Of a stretch of DNA of 64,000 nt, positions 22,901 to 34,900 are shown piece by piece (position 1 is the stretch's first letter; each line of letters starts with the position of its first letter). Under the pieces are notes generated by a model that made no database searches, had not been told where the DNA came from, and saw nothing but the letters and a program-made list of their open reading frames with translations. This stretch comes from Vicugna vicugna (lineage: Eukaryota), in contig MU060707.1 in NCBI GenBank assembly GCA_013265495.1, positions 2,023,247 to 2,087,246 on the forward strand, written 5' to 3'. Made by a program: the position numbers and the translations under genes.

Positions 22901-25900
22901 GCATGGGGTAGGGAAGGGCAGCACCGGGGCTCAGCCACCATAAGTGGGATCAGCCCTGGCCCTGTGACCCTGTGGTGTCACACAGGGTCTGTCATCTGTC
23001 AACCATGCCAGCGACAGTTCCTCGTCACAGCGTCGGAATAAACACTGGCTGTATCACCATCATCACTGTCACGGCTACATAATGACGCTGCTGTCACCAC
23101 CAGCACTGAGTTCCTGGAAAGCCATCCGACACCTGAGCTTTCATTTCTCCAACTGCACAGTGAGCGTAATAAACGAGCTTTGCTGAGCAGAGTTCTTATG
23201 GGTTCAAGAAGACACAGCACTTCAGGGTGACAGGGCTCAAAGCCGACACTAGAAACGAACAGGACAGGCTAGACTTCCAAGTTCTCAGGTCCAAAGGAAT
23301 ACCTTTTACAATCCGGACCTGCAGTGTGTGAGTCCCCACGGCCTGGGACAGTGCCGGTGCCCCTTCTACAGAGAAAACTGGGGCCCCTGGCTGCTGACTC
23401 CAGCAGGTGGACGGCAGCGTGGGGATTCCCAGATTCTCAGAGGCCCTCTGCTCTCTGCCAGCCTCCAGCCCCGGCAGGGAGGGAAGGACAGACAGACGGC
23501 TCCCCGCCAAGTGGCCTGGAGGCATCTGCTACCCCTCCCCAAGCCCCAGCCAGCACCTGCCTTGGTTTCCTCCTACTTGACTCGGCAGGACAGAGAACTC
23601 AGGCGGGCAGAGCGCCCCGGTGTCCAGGCACCACAGAAAGGCCCTGGTCCTGGCTCAGCCACCTAGAACCGTCCTGAGCCTCCTCCTCCCAGGGGTTAAG
23701 AACCCAGTGGCGCCTACCCACCCCGAAGATGGAATTCAGTGCTCAGGGGAAATACAGTCTCTAATGAAAGCAAACAAAAACCGCAGCTAGAGTCCACCGA
23801 GTGTGAGCCACTAGGCTTGCCACGCATGGTGTCCCCAGGTTGGCAGGCTCACCTCCGGGCAGATAGGAGAAAATGAGGCACAGGGCATTGTCCACGGGCT
23901 GACACCCCACAGCTCTCAGAGCTGAGCTGGAGCTCACGTCCAGGCGGCAGGACCCCAAATCTCTGCTCTGGCCACCACGCTGTGCCTTCCGCCCTCTGGC
24001 ACACAGCCCAGGACCCCCCAGGACGGGGGACCCCACACTGTCCCCACCCCTGCTGCTCCTCACCACGCCTCCCGGTTCTAACTCACTGGACTGACCAGAC
24101 AGCTTGGCCTCCACTTGTGACGACTATGGCTTCATCCCACTGTATCCCCGCTCAGGCCACCAGCTGCCCCAGCCCCCTGACCCTGCACCGCCCGGGGGTG
24201 TACTGTGGGCTGTGTTGTGGGACTGGGGAGGCGGCAGCACCCTCACTGAGGTCTCTTACTGACACTGCACCTGGAGAGACATTCACTCCATCAACTGCCC
24301 AGCTCAGGCAGGGCCCTTACACACCTATACCTGACAGACAAAGGCTGCGGGCAACTGCCCAGATCTGCCAAAGAGGAGAGACTGGAGCGTGGCTGCTCCC
24401 TGACCTACGATCACGGGCCCCTTCCAGCACATTCTGAAGCAAAGGGGAGTTCTACAGAAGCCCTCTCCCTAGAGCGGCAGTCAGGGCGCCCTAGGGAACT
24501 GGGGGAGCTACGGCCTGTCACAGAACCATCACCACACCTGACCCCAACGGCCCCAGACTCCTTGGAATCTGTGGGGCCCAGGGGAGAACCCTGCCTGTGC
24601 TGGCCCCTCCCAAGCAGAGCACCAGGTGGCCCCTCTCTGAACGTCCTCGTGTGAGCCTGGCGACGGCTTCAGAGGACAGCCTGTCCCGACCGCAGCTCCG
24701 TGGACAGGAGACTGAGGCTCGTGGTCGGGAGAAGGCAGGGCCAGGAACTCGGAGCCCCAGCTCCCATCCTCTCCCCGACAAAGGCCAGGTGCTCAGATAC
24801 CAGGCTGAGAGCGCCCACTTCACGGAGCTGCAGCCCACTCTGCCTGCCCTTCTAGAAGGTCAACTTTCAGTCTCTCCTCCACCGGCTAGGATGCTCCGGG
24901 CTGCTGATTGATTCCTTTTGTACCCCCACTGACCATCAAGGCTGTCAGCAGTAATTGCTTGGCAGGAAGTTGGTGTTATCTAGGACACACAGGAATCCTT
25001 TTTCCCCGAAGCAATTAAGTTCAGAGAACGGAGGAGGGGTGGCGGATCCGGGTGACAGCTCTCTGTGGCAGGTTTGCCACTCGTGCCAACGGGGGCTCTG
25101 TCACACCTGCCTTCTCTGATCTGCACGCTGGGGCGCCCAGGTCTGCTGACAGACGGTGTTCACAATGGAGCACAGTCTTGTGTAAAGTGGGTCAGGCTGG
25201 GGTCTCAGTCAAGGGCGATCTGTCCCAGAAATTCCAAGAGATGGGTGTAGAGACCTTACTGCCTTGAATGAGAACCAGGCTGCAAAGCTGGAACCCCGAG
25301 CCCTATTCTGGGTGCTACCCTCCCCAGCCATCACGTGGCCTCGCGAAGTCACGGTCACACTAAGCCTCAGCCCGCTTGCTTGTGAAGACGGTTCAAGTCG
25401 CCCAAAACGTACTTTCTCCTAATCCTCCCCGGGAGCTGCAAGGGATGAGGACACAAGCTCAGAGAGGGTGAGGAAAATGCCTGAGGTCACACAGCTCACA
25501 GGCTGCAGGGCTCGGATCTGAACACGAGAGACAGCAGGGCCACCCTGGCTGTGCCTCTCGTGGGCCTCCTGGGTGGTGGACATGCAGCTCGAGTGTGGAC
25601 CCTGACCCAGCTTCAAATCCCAGCTCTGCCTTTGCTGGACGCAGACCCTGGGCAGCTCAGCCTCTGAGCCTTGGTTTCCTCCCTAGTAAGACGGGGACGG
25701 CGCCGTGCCTAACTGACAGGACTGTCCATGCTTGGTGAATCCCCATGAAGCCCACAGTCTGGTGCAAGCAGGGCTCAGTAGAAATGGGGTTAAAGGGGGT
25801 GAGAGGGAAGTGGGGACCAGACAAATGCAGCTCGGACCTGCTCTCCCACCTCTTCCTCCAGCCAAACCCCAGCAGGAGCAGTACCTGCCCGATGCACACG

Positions 25901-28900
25901 ACCACGGCGTAGCCCCCGGGGCCGACGGCCACACACTTCGGCTGGACGTCCAGCTTCACAACTCCCTGTCCGCTGCAGAGAGAAGGGAAGTCGTTACTTC
26001 AGTCTCAGCGTGGGCAGTGTGGGTGTAAACACTCACTGCAGAACCACGGCAATCTGGGTGACTGAGAAGGAAATTCCACTGCAATCTCTCCTGAGGGAGC
26101 CCTGGCTAAAGCACGGGAGGGGTAAGAAATGACTCAGACTCTGGGAGAGAGAAGAGGAGTCACGAAGGGGCTGTGATGATGGGAAGGGGGGGGGAGAAGT
26201 CAAGGGAGTACTTTCTGTTCCGCTCATCAGTGACAAGGGCCCACTTCATCACTGCCCTGTCATGGCTTTTGTCCCCACGTGTGTCAGCCAGACCCCTCAG
26301 CATTCTCTGGGTACAGGCAGAATTGGGTTCTGCCCCTCCCCCGACTCCTGTGGAATAACCAGTCTCCTCCGCAGAGTAATTAAAAAGTAAACCCTGTATT
26401 TTTTATGTGTAAAAACTGTTATCTTTACTTTTGGCTAAAACTATGAATGCATCCTAGAAAAATCTGTACATGGAAAAATTTGAAAATGGTAAACTGAGAA
26501 AAATTTCACATAACTGGGCCACGTGTGGAGTCCCTGAGGCTCAGTGAATGGGCCCTGTGACAAAGTGATCAGGCGTGGCTTTGCCCTGGGTCCTCTCATC
26601 AGCTGAGGCTCAGGATGGTGGCACGGCCCCTGGGCAGGACTACACGAGGAATGTGCTAACGCCGGGGGCTCACTACAGGCAGCACGGAGAGGACACCAGG
26701 GCCTGGACACCTGGGTCCTGGGGTGGCTTCTGCACTCACAGGGAGGTTTGTCTGACTCTCAACGCCTAGTCTGCCCAGGACAGGTGAGGCGCATGGACAT
26801 GCTGGTGTGACCGTGCCCGAGATGTCCTCCAGGAGCCGTGTCCAGTGAGATGTCCAGCAGGACACGGGGGTCTACACACAGGACAGAGCGAGGATGGAGC
26901 TCACGGTGAGACCAGGCCTGTCCCGTTCTAGCCGGCATCCCAGGAACCCTGCATCTGGCTGAGGTCTGTGCGGGCCGCCTGGACTCTGACCGGGCTCCCG
27001 GCCGAAGGCCTTGCATTAGGAGAGCGAGTGCTCAGGGCAAGAGGTGCGCGGAGCAGAGAACACCGTCACTGGCAGTAAGGGCTACAGGCCAAGGGTCCCA
27101 TGGGGCTGAGGCGCATCCGGACCCCGGGCAGCTCTCACCTGTAGTCCCGCAGTGTGAGGCTGGTGTACCGCACCGTGTCATCCATGCTGCAGCTCACCAG
27201 CTGCCCGGACTCGTCCACCGTCATCCTGGACACCTGGTTCGTGTGGCCCTTCCCGGCGAAGGAGTCGTTCTCCCCTGTCTCCGAATCCCAGTAATGTGGG
27301 GCGGAGGGTTAAGGAAGAGTCCGGCCTCCGAGAGGCAGTGCTTGTCCCCTGGGGAGGCCAGGGCCAGTGCCACGTCCCAGGCAGCACATTAGGGACAGGG
27401 ACTGGGCACTGGGCTTGAGGGGGATGGCTTGAGGACGTCCGGGTCCAGATTTCAGAGAGCCGACCTTCTGGTAAACCAGCAAGAAGGCCTAACACATGTC
27501 AGCAGGCTTCTTATAACCCAGCGTGCCCACTCAGCCCGCTCATCTACAGAACAGGACCCAGGAGGTCACAGGACTGTGAGGACTGTGATGACGGACTCAG
27601 CTCTGTCTGAGATGGGGCTCAGCAGGAAGCTGCTGTCCCCTGGGGCCCCGTGTAACTGAGCCCACGCTTCCCCTGCTCTTTCTAGCCTGCGATCCAGCCC
27701 ATGGCTGTGCCACCAGGTAGATGGCCCTGGGCTGACCCACCTGGGCAGGCCAGATTGGGGGCTGCTGGCGCGGGGCACTCCGGTGAGGTGGGCTGTACGT
27801 TACGAGACTTTCCTTTTACACCAATAGTCGATGACTCATTTCCAGTGCAGACTGTCCACCTAGGAAGCTATGTGCATGTTCCACTGCTAACACATTCTCA
27901 AGGGAAGGCCCAGCTCGGTGCTATAGGAGGTTAATGCCATAGTGCGCTGACACCGGGGTTGGGCACAAGGGGGCGGTGTCAAGTGGGGAGCGGCACTGGG
28001 GCAGCTGAGGGCGGCAGGACTGGGGAGGCCTGCACGCTGCTCCAGTGCCTCCTGTGCCCAACTATAGTGCAGGCTTGGGCAAGATGCCCCTGCTGTCCCT
28101 CCATCTCCTTACACCTGAAGGGGTGGACGGTGACTTGTCTGCCCTCCTCCCTTGGGGTTGAGGGGAGGCCTTCCCAGTGAGGAAGCCCTGCAGAGACAAG
28201 GCAGGGCTGCGGAGGTGGGAGAAGTCCGGGGTTTGGGACAGACCAGGAACCAGGCTGACGAGGGAGGGCAGGCCCCTCAGGCAGCACCAGTGCCCCTCCT
28301 TGGGGGACGGCAGAACCAAGCAGCCACAAGGCCCCGCTGAGGCTAGCCCCTCAGACAACTGCTCCATCGCTTGCCATCCTGGGAGGAGGGGTCACTGGCT
28401 CCAGGCCTCCAATGCCAGAACGGGGTTGGTTGTAGGGGTGCCAGGAGACATTACAGAGGGACCAAACAGCACCTCACAGGGAAGGGAAGCTCAGTTCCAC
28501 ACAGATCTGCTGCCGCCAGGAGGTGCGATGTTGGCGAAGGTGCCCTAGCCATCTGAGTTTCACTTTGCCCATTTTTAAAACAAGGGGACTCTACCAAAAG
28601 GCTCTAAGTCCATTGGATTTTAACACATTGATTCTGCTGCTTGTGAGAGGGGCGAGGCCGGCAGCAGGCCCCGCGCGGGGAGAGGCAGCTCCAGTTCAGG
28701 GAAGCTTGGCCACACAAGTGACCCATCAGGTCAAGGTCAGGGCCCAGAGCTGGAGGCCCCGTGTGTGGGCCTGGCGGCACCTCTCAGCAGCCAGGACTGG
28801 GCAGGAGTCCTGTCGCCACCTGGCTGGCCTCGCTTCTGGCACCGTGGGAACAGGAAACTCCCGCCTCTCCTGCCAGGGGCCCGGGAGCCAGCCCTGTGAG

Positions 28901-31900
28901 TCAAAGGATATTAATGTGTCCGTCGTGGCTCCCAGAGTAGATATACGACTTGCCGCCGTTTTTATGCACCGTCAGGCACTGGATGGATTTGCTGTGACCC
29001 TATGGAGGAGACAGACGGGCGGGTGAGCTGAGGACACGCCATCCTGCCTGTGACTGTCAACCGCTCTCCCCTGGGTGAGGGGGAGGGAGAGGCCCTCAAT
29101 GCCGCAGCCGCAGTGGGCCTGAAACACCGCCCACCAGCCTCCTGAGCTGACTGACCACCTGACAAACCAGTGACATTCGGACCCTTCCCTCCGAGGCACT
29201 CAACCCCAACCCGGGTGGGGACACTAACTGAAGCCCCAGCAGCAGAGCGTCCAGCCTGCGCAGCCTGACCCAGGCAGCTTCCGCCCTAGAAGGCAATGCT
29301 GCTCACACCCGCGGAGGAAGCGCCCCACCCAGGGCTGACCCTCGACAGCGGTGAAGCAGTGGTGCCCGGGTGCTGGCGGGAGGCGGCGGCGGTGGGGAGC
29401 CTCTGGGCCCCGGGGGCCGGAGTACTAGGAGCGGCTCACGGCTTGTCCTCTACCCAGAAGCACAGCTCGCGACTCCAGCATGTGTCTTCCGAGAAAGGTC
29501 ACGCAGTTCTCAGAGACTGGAGAACCAGTAAATGGACCCAAAGTCCCTTCCATAGGACAGCAATGCACCAGCCCTGCTACTTAGAGCCAGGTCCTCAGAG
29601 CAGCGTCGATCCCATCTAGAGTCTTGTCCCTCACAGCCCGGGGACTCAGAACTGCTCTCAACAAGCAGCCTGGTGACTTGTGCACGCCCCCTGCCTGGGG
29701 CGGCAGCCTCACCTGGAACTTGTGAGAAATGCGAGCTCTTGCACATCCCACAGGTGAGCCCTCTGAGTACAGGGGCCCAGCCCAGCTGCCATCTTCTAAC
29801 AAGCGGGCCCTCTCACGTGATTCTGATGCACCCACAGGCTTGAGCCAGAATCACCTGGGAGACTCTTACAAGTACCAGCCTCTAAGAGCCCTCCCGGCAG
29901 GCTCTGATGGGATCCTGCTGGGGCCGGCCAGGCAGCAAGCCTGTTTTGGAAGCTCCCTACTGGTCTGAACACGTGCCAGGGCCAGGAACTGCTATTCCAA
30001 CCCCAGCCTGTGCCTGGGCTCACGCACTGCCGACCTCAGCACCAAACACCTGAGGATTCACGTGCACGCGGCAGGAGAGCTGGGAAGGGTTTCTCTGACA
30101 ACTGCGAACGCCCACGGGGGTCCTGAGATGACCTGGGGAAGGAACCGGAGCCTGGCCAGCAGTGCCCATGCCACTGGCAGCAGTGAGTGGTCAGGCCCAG
30201 GCCTCCCTCGCTCCCAGGGTGGCTCCAGTCCGGGTGCCAACAATCCGGGCTCCACGTCGGACGGCCACCAGGCCCACTGTCGGAGAGGCCCATGGGAAGC
30301 TGCTTTCGTAGAAAGACAGAATGGGCTGACAGCAATGCCTGAATCTCTAGAGGAATCTTCCTCCATCGCATGGAGGCCCAGTGAAGCGACTGTCCAGGGG
30401 ACCCCTCCCAGCTCCGCCAGCTCTGTGCCAGGATGCACACACCTCCACTTTATCCTCATCACACTGGGCTGGCAGTCTGTCCGGTAGGTGGTCCCCACGC
30501 CCCCATCCTCAGGGCCAAATCAAGTGAACCTTCATGGGAGCGGAGGTGCAGGACGGGCACTGAGGGCCAGTGTGGCTCCTGTACTGGACCGCCCCCCACC
30601 CCCGTCAGCAGCACCCCACCTCGACAGGACGCGGCAGGCACCAGGCCCCGCTGGACCTTGTGAGCCAGTCACAGAGTTAAGGAGGCTGAGGCCTGGCTCA
30701 GCCTCTTCTTCCCAGGGCAATTGTCCCAGCCCCTGGCCTACACAAACCCTACAAAGCCCAGACACCCTCCGGAGCCTGTCCGCACAGCCCTGAAGCAGCT
30801 GAGTGAGCAGGGCTGCAGGTCTGGCCTGAGAGGGCTCATGGCGGGGAGGGGATGACATGCAGCTCTGCTGTGGAAAGACCCCCCTTGAGAGCACAGCTCA
30901 GAATCCTTAGTCAGGGTCACCCTCAAGCTCCACCTACTTCTCCAAGTTCATTTCCTTCCACTCCCCACCACCCCCTCATGCCTTACCTGCTCTAACCACA
31001 CAGCACAAGGGCCTCACACTCATTCCCACATTCCAATCCCACACATCGTCAAGGTCCAGCTCCGAGGCCTGCTGGACCCCCACGTCTGTGGCGATGCCCC
31101 ACCACCTGCCCTGTCCTGGGACTCAGTCTGTTCCCGGTCCTGCCTCACCAGCGAGGACGGAGCTGGTGAACTCCCAGCTGAGGGAGGCAGACCTCCTAGG
31201 GACAAACGACCCTGACAGCAGGGGCGAGGGCCACTGCCCTGGACCTCAGGCCCTGAACACCAGCTTTACAGCAGCTCCGGGGGAACTTGGCATCTGGCCT
31301 CCCACCTCTGCTAAACTCACATCCCCAAAGCAACCAGCATCCTGCTGTTCCCAAGACCCCCAGGGCGGAGCCCCTTCTCCACAATGGGGCGCACACTTCC
31401 CTCCCGGCCAGGACCTGCCGGCAGAGCCGCTCCTGGGAATGGCCTCACCTTGATGACCCGCAGGGGTTTGCTGGGGTTGTTTTTGTCCAGGTAGTTGATG
31501 TAGCCAGACAAGGAGATGCTGAGGAGGTGGTCCTTCTGCCATAAGCAGCCCAGCTGCTGGTCCAGAACGTTGGAGCCCATGGTAAACGTGTTGACGACAG
31601 AGTTCATACTGACGTCCCAAATTTTAGAGGTTTTGTCTCCAGAAGCAGAAAGCAAGTGGGAGCCATCAGGACTCCAGCTGATCTACTCAAACAAAATGGT
31701 GATCAGGTCAGAGCACTGTTGGGGGAAGAGACCTCAGAAAGCAGCTGGTCCACAGATCCCCTTTCTGAGCGGGGAGAACCAGGAGGTGATGGAATACGCC
31801 AGGGCAAGGACAAGAAGAGGGTCCTGGCCACTGGCCTCTCCAGGCCACATCACCCTGTTCCATGTGGCCTACCAGCACTCCACCACTGCCCCTACTTCCA

Positions 31901-34900
31901 ACCCCGCGTCGCAAGCTTCCAACTTCAACCCATGTACGGATGATGGCAGACAGGCCCGATCACACCAGAGGACCCCACAGACACAAACCCATACGTACGG
32001 CATAGATGCCGCCGTCGTGAGCCTTGCTTCCTCCCAGCGCGCACACCTTCTCTCCCGTCTTTCCGTCGTAGATGTAGATCTTTCAAGAAATACAGATACA
32101 CGTGGGTCACGGGGACATGTGATCGCTCTCGGCTGTCAGCACGCTCACTGAGCTCTCCCTATTAATAACTGCTCCATCATCAAGAGTTGGGGACTGTGAC
32201 TCTTACAATAAAGATTTAATGTAAATTAGTGTTAAAAGATGAGTTTTGAGCTCCTTTAAAAGGATCTACCATGCTTTGATGACACAGCTCCTCAATGGAG
32301 CTGCATCCCGAGATGGGGGGGAAAGAGGGAGACTTCTAAGTTCTGCACATTGAGACCAGTTTCCTAAGTCCATCTGCTCTGAACTCACAGAGGATACGAG
32401 ATGAACCCCCACCTCCACGGCCCTCAGCCCTCACCTGGCCGTCAGCGCTGGCTGTGGCAAATCTGTTCCCGTCGGGGGAGAATCGCACGCAGTTGACGAA
32501 GCGGCTGTGGTCCTGCAGGAAACGAGACAGTTACCCACCGTCGACAGGCAAGTTCAGCAAGGCTCTCCGTGAAGTATGCAGCCCATGCCCACCATTAGTG
32601 CGGACCACCAGTCCCCGGGAGGCTTTGGAGCTTATTAACACAAGTGCTAAGCAGACTCGCTGGGAGGTCCGACCCAGCCTGCCCACCTTGGCCAGGCGCA
32701 TCTCTGCCTGGGGGGGCCTCCCTCCGCTGTGGCGGGCCCCCTGATCTCTGCAGACAGAAATGGCCCACCTCCCTCCGGCCCCAGAGGAGCTCAAGCCCAA
32801 ACTTCCTCTGCTTAGTGAGGCTGGGAACAGGAGGCTCTTCCCCGAGCCCCTAGGGCCTGGCCCCAACCCAGCACACAGCAGGCATTTGGTGGGCATTTGC
32901 TGAACCAACTGAGGTTTGTAAAGAAGTTAAACAGCAGTTATGACCTTCATGGGAAGAGTCTGAGTGACTCAGGAGACATGGCCTCCAGGAGCGATTCTGT
33001 CATCCAAGTAAGCAAATGACCTCACTCTTTCCTCAGTCAAGAAGGGTTTGCCTCAGAGAATGACCCTTTGAAAAACCCGTAAGCCACCCACAGGACCCCA
33101 GCCCTTCTCCCTCCTCAGCTGCAAGCACACGCTGAGCGTTAGTTACCAACTCTCCTCCGTGCACGGGGTTAGTTGCCTCTAAGGATACGAACACACAACC
33201 TGCAAGAAAGGCAACTCGACTCAACGCATCACCTGCCCCCATCGACCCTCCAAACAAATCCCTGGCAATTTTAAACTGCGAGCTGCTGGCGTGGAAGGGA
33301 CGGCGTGTGTTTGATCATGTGATGGGCTGAGCTGTGTCCTGAAGAAATAGGCTGAAACCCCAGGTACCTGTGATGTGACCTTACGGGAAAGAGGGTCTCT
33401 GCACACGCAGTCAAGTTAAGATGAGCTCCTCAGGGTGGGCCCTAAGCCAACACCCTGGTGTCCTTCTGGGGAGAGGGAGACGTGGACTCGCTGCAGACAC
33501 AGGGAGACACCACGTGAAGATGGAGGCAGAGACTGACTGGGTGACGCTCCCACGGCCACGAACGGCCAGTTTTGCCTTCTTAGTGTCCTGTGTCTGCTCA
33601 GTCTGCTTCTCAGGCCCACCTTTCCTGCTCCGAGGCTTGTGTTCTGAGCTGGGAGACAACTGCTTCCCAGCAGGCACGCAAACCGCCAAAATGAATGAAA
33701 GTGAAGATGAATCAACTTTCCCAGCAGGAATCCGTCAGGCCCTCTGACTGTTGTTCCTCCGTGACTGTCACTCACCTGTCATCCTCCCACCTCCAGGGGC
33801 CCCCTTTTCTTTTTTTTTAAATTCAGGAGACAACAAGGCCCAGAGAGGCTGGGTTGTGAGAACACAGGTCTCCAGTTTCTCGTCAAGAGCTCTGGACCCC
33901 ACCGTGCTGGCTCTGGGCCCTGGACAGAAGGCAGGCAGGCCGGGCGAGGAGCCACCCAGAGGTCAGATCCTTAACTCTTCAGGCCGAGTGCCACTGCTCT
34001 GCTGTCCCTACACCTGTAAGGGAGCCAGCTGCACATCGAGGCCCACGTCCCTCTGTCCCTGTCAGCCCCGGGCTGGTTCAGACCCAGTGGTAGGAGGATT
34101 TCTGGGGCCAAGCCCCCCAGGCTTCTCTCAGTCCTCCCAGAACTGCCCCGCGGGGAGGACAGGCAGGCAGGAACAACTCGTTCTGGATGAGCTCAAAGGA
34201 AAAGCTCTTCAGTGACAAAACCACAGTCGCAATCCTGGACATCTGCCCAAATGTCTGGTCCTCTCGTGTCTGACCTCTGCTGGCTCACCGTCCCTGGTTC
34301 CAGTTTCCTCCACTGTGAGGTGGACGCGGGAGGGGGCTGGGACCAGCTCCCCACCCTGGTGCCTGAGACTGATGGAGACCCGGCCAGACTTCCCCCCAAG
34401 AACCAGGATGCCGAGAGCTCACAGCAGTGGAGCAGACCTCAGGGCCAAATGGGGGCGATGGGGTGTGTCAGTGGGGGGTGACTGCTCTTTACTGGGCATG
34501 AGGATACACTGGGAACCAGAGGGACACCCAGCCACCGTGCAATTCTCATTTGCCAAACTCCTGTTTCTCTGGTCCCCGAGAGGAGAGCAGGAGCACCCCC
34601 CACACAGCCCAGCTCAGAGGTCGGAGTACCCGTCGGTGCTGCTGCCCCTCCCCTTCCCCGACTGCCTGCCCCTCTCAGCTCTGATGCTTCAGGGACATCA
34701 CACATGTGGACACCATCTGTCCATCTTCCCACTGGGTGCAGACCGGACAGGGCACAGGCCCCCCCGGGGACTGGGCGCTGTGGCTTCAGAAAGTCTTCCT
34801 GGTCCGCTTTTCCTGCAACTCAAGCCAAGAGCCCAAATGGACAGGAGACTGATGTTTGGTCCTGAAATAGCCCATTTAAAGGGAGGAACAGTGAGCAGCC

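Noticed and set aside
28801-28820. CTCF-like motifs (here and near 9870 and 42065)
   Set aside because: Each has several core mismatches or a missing base; not supportable without PWM scoring or ChIP data.
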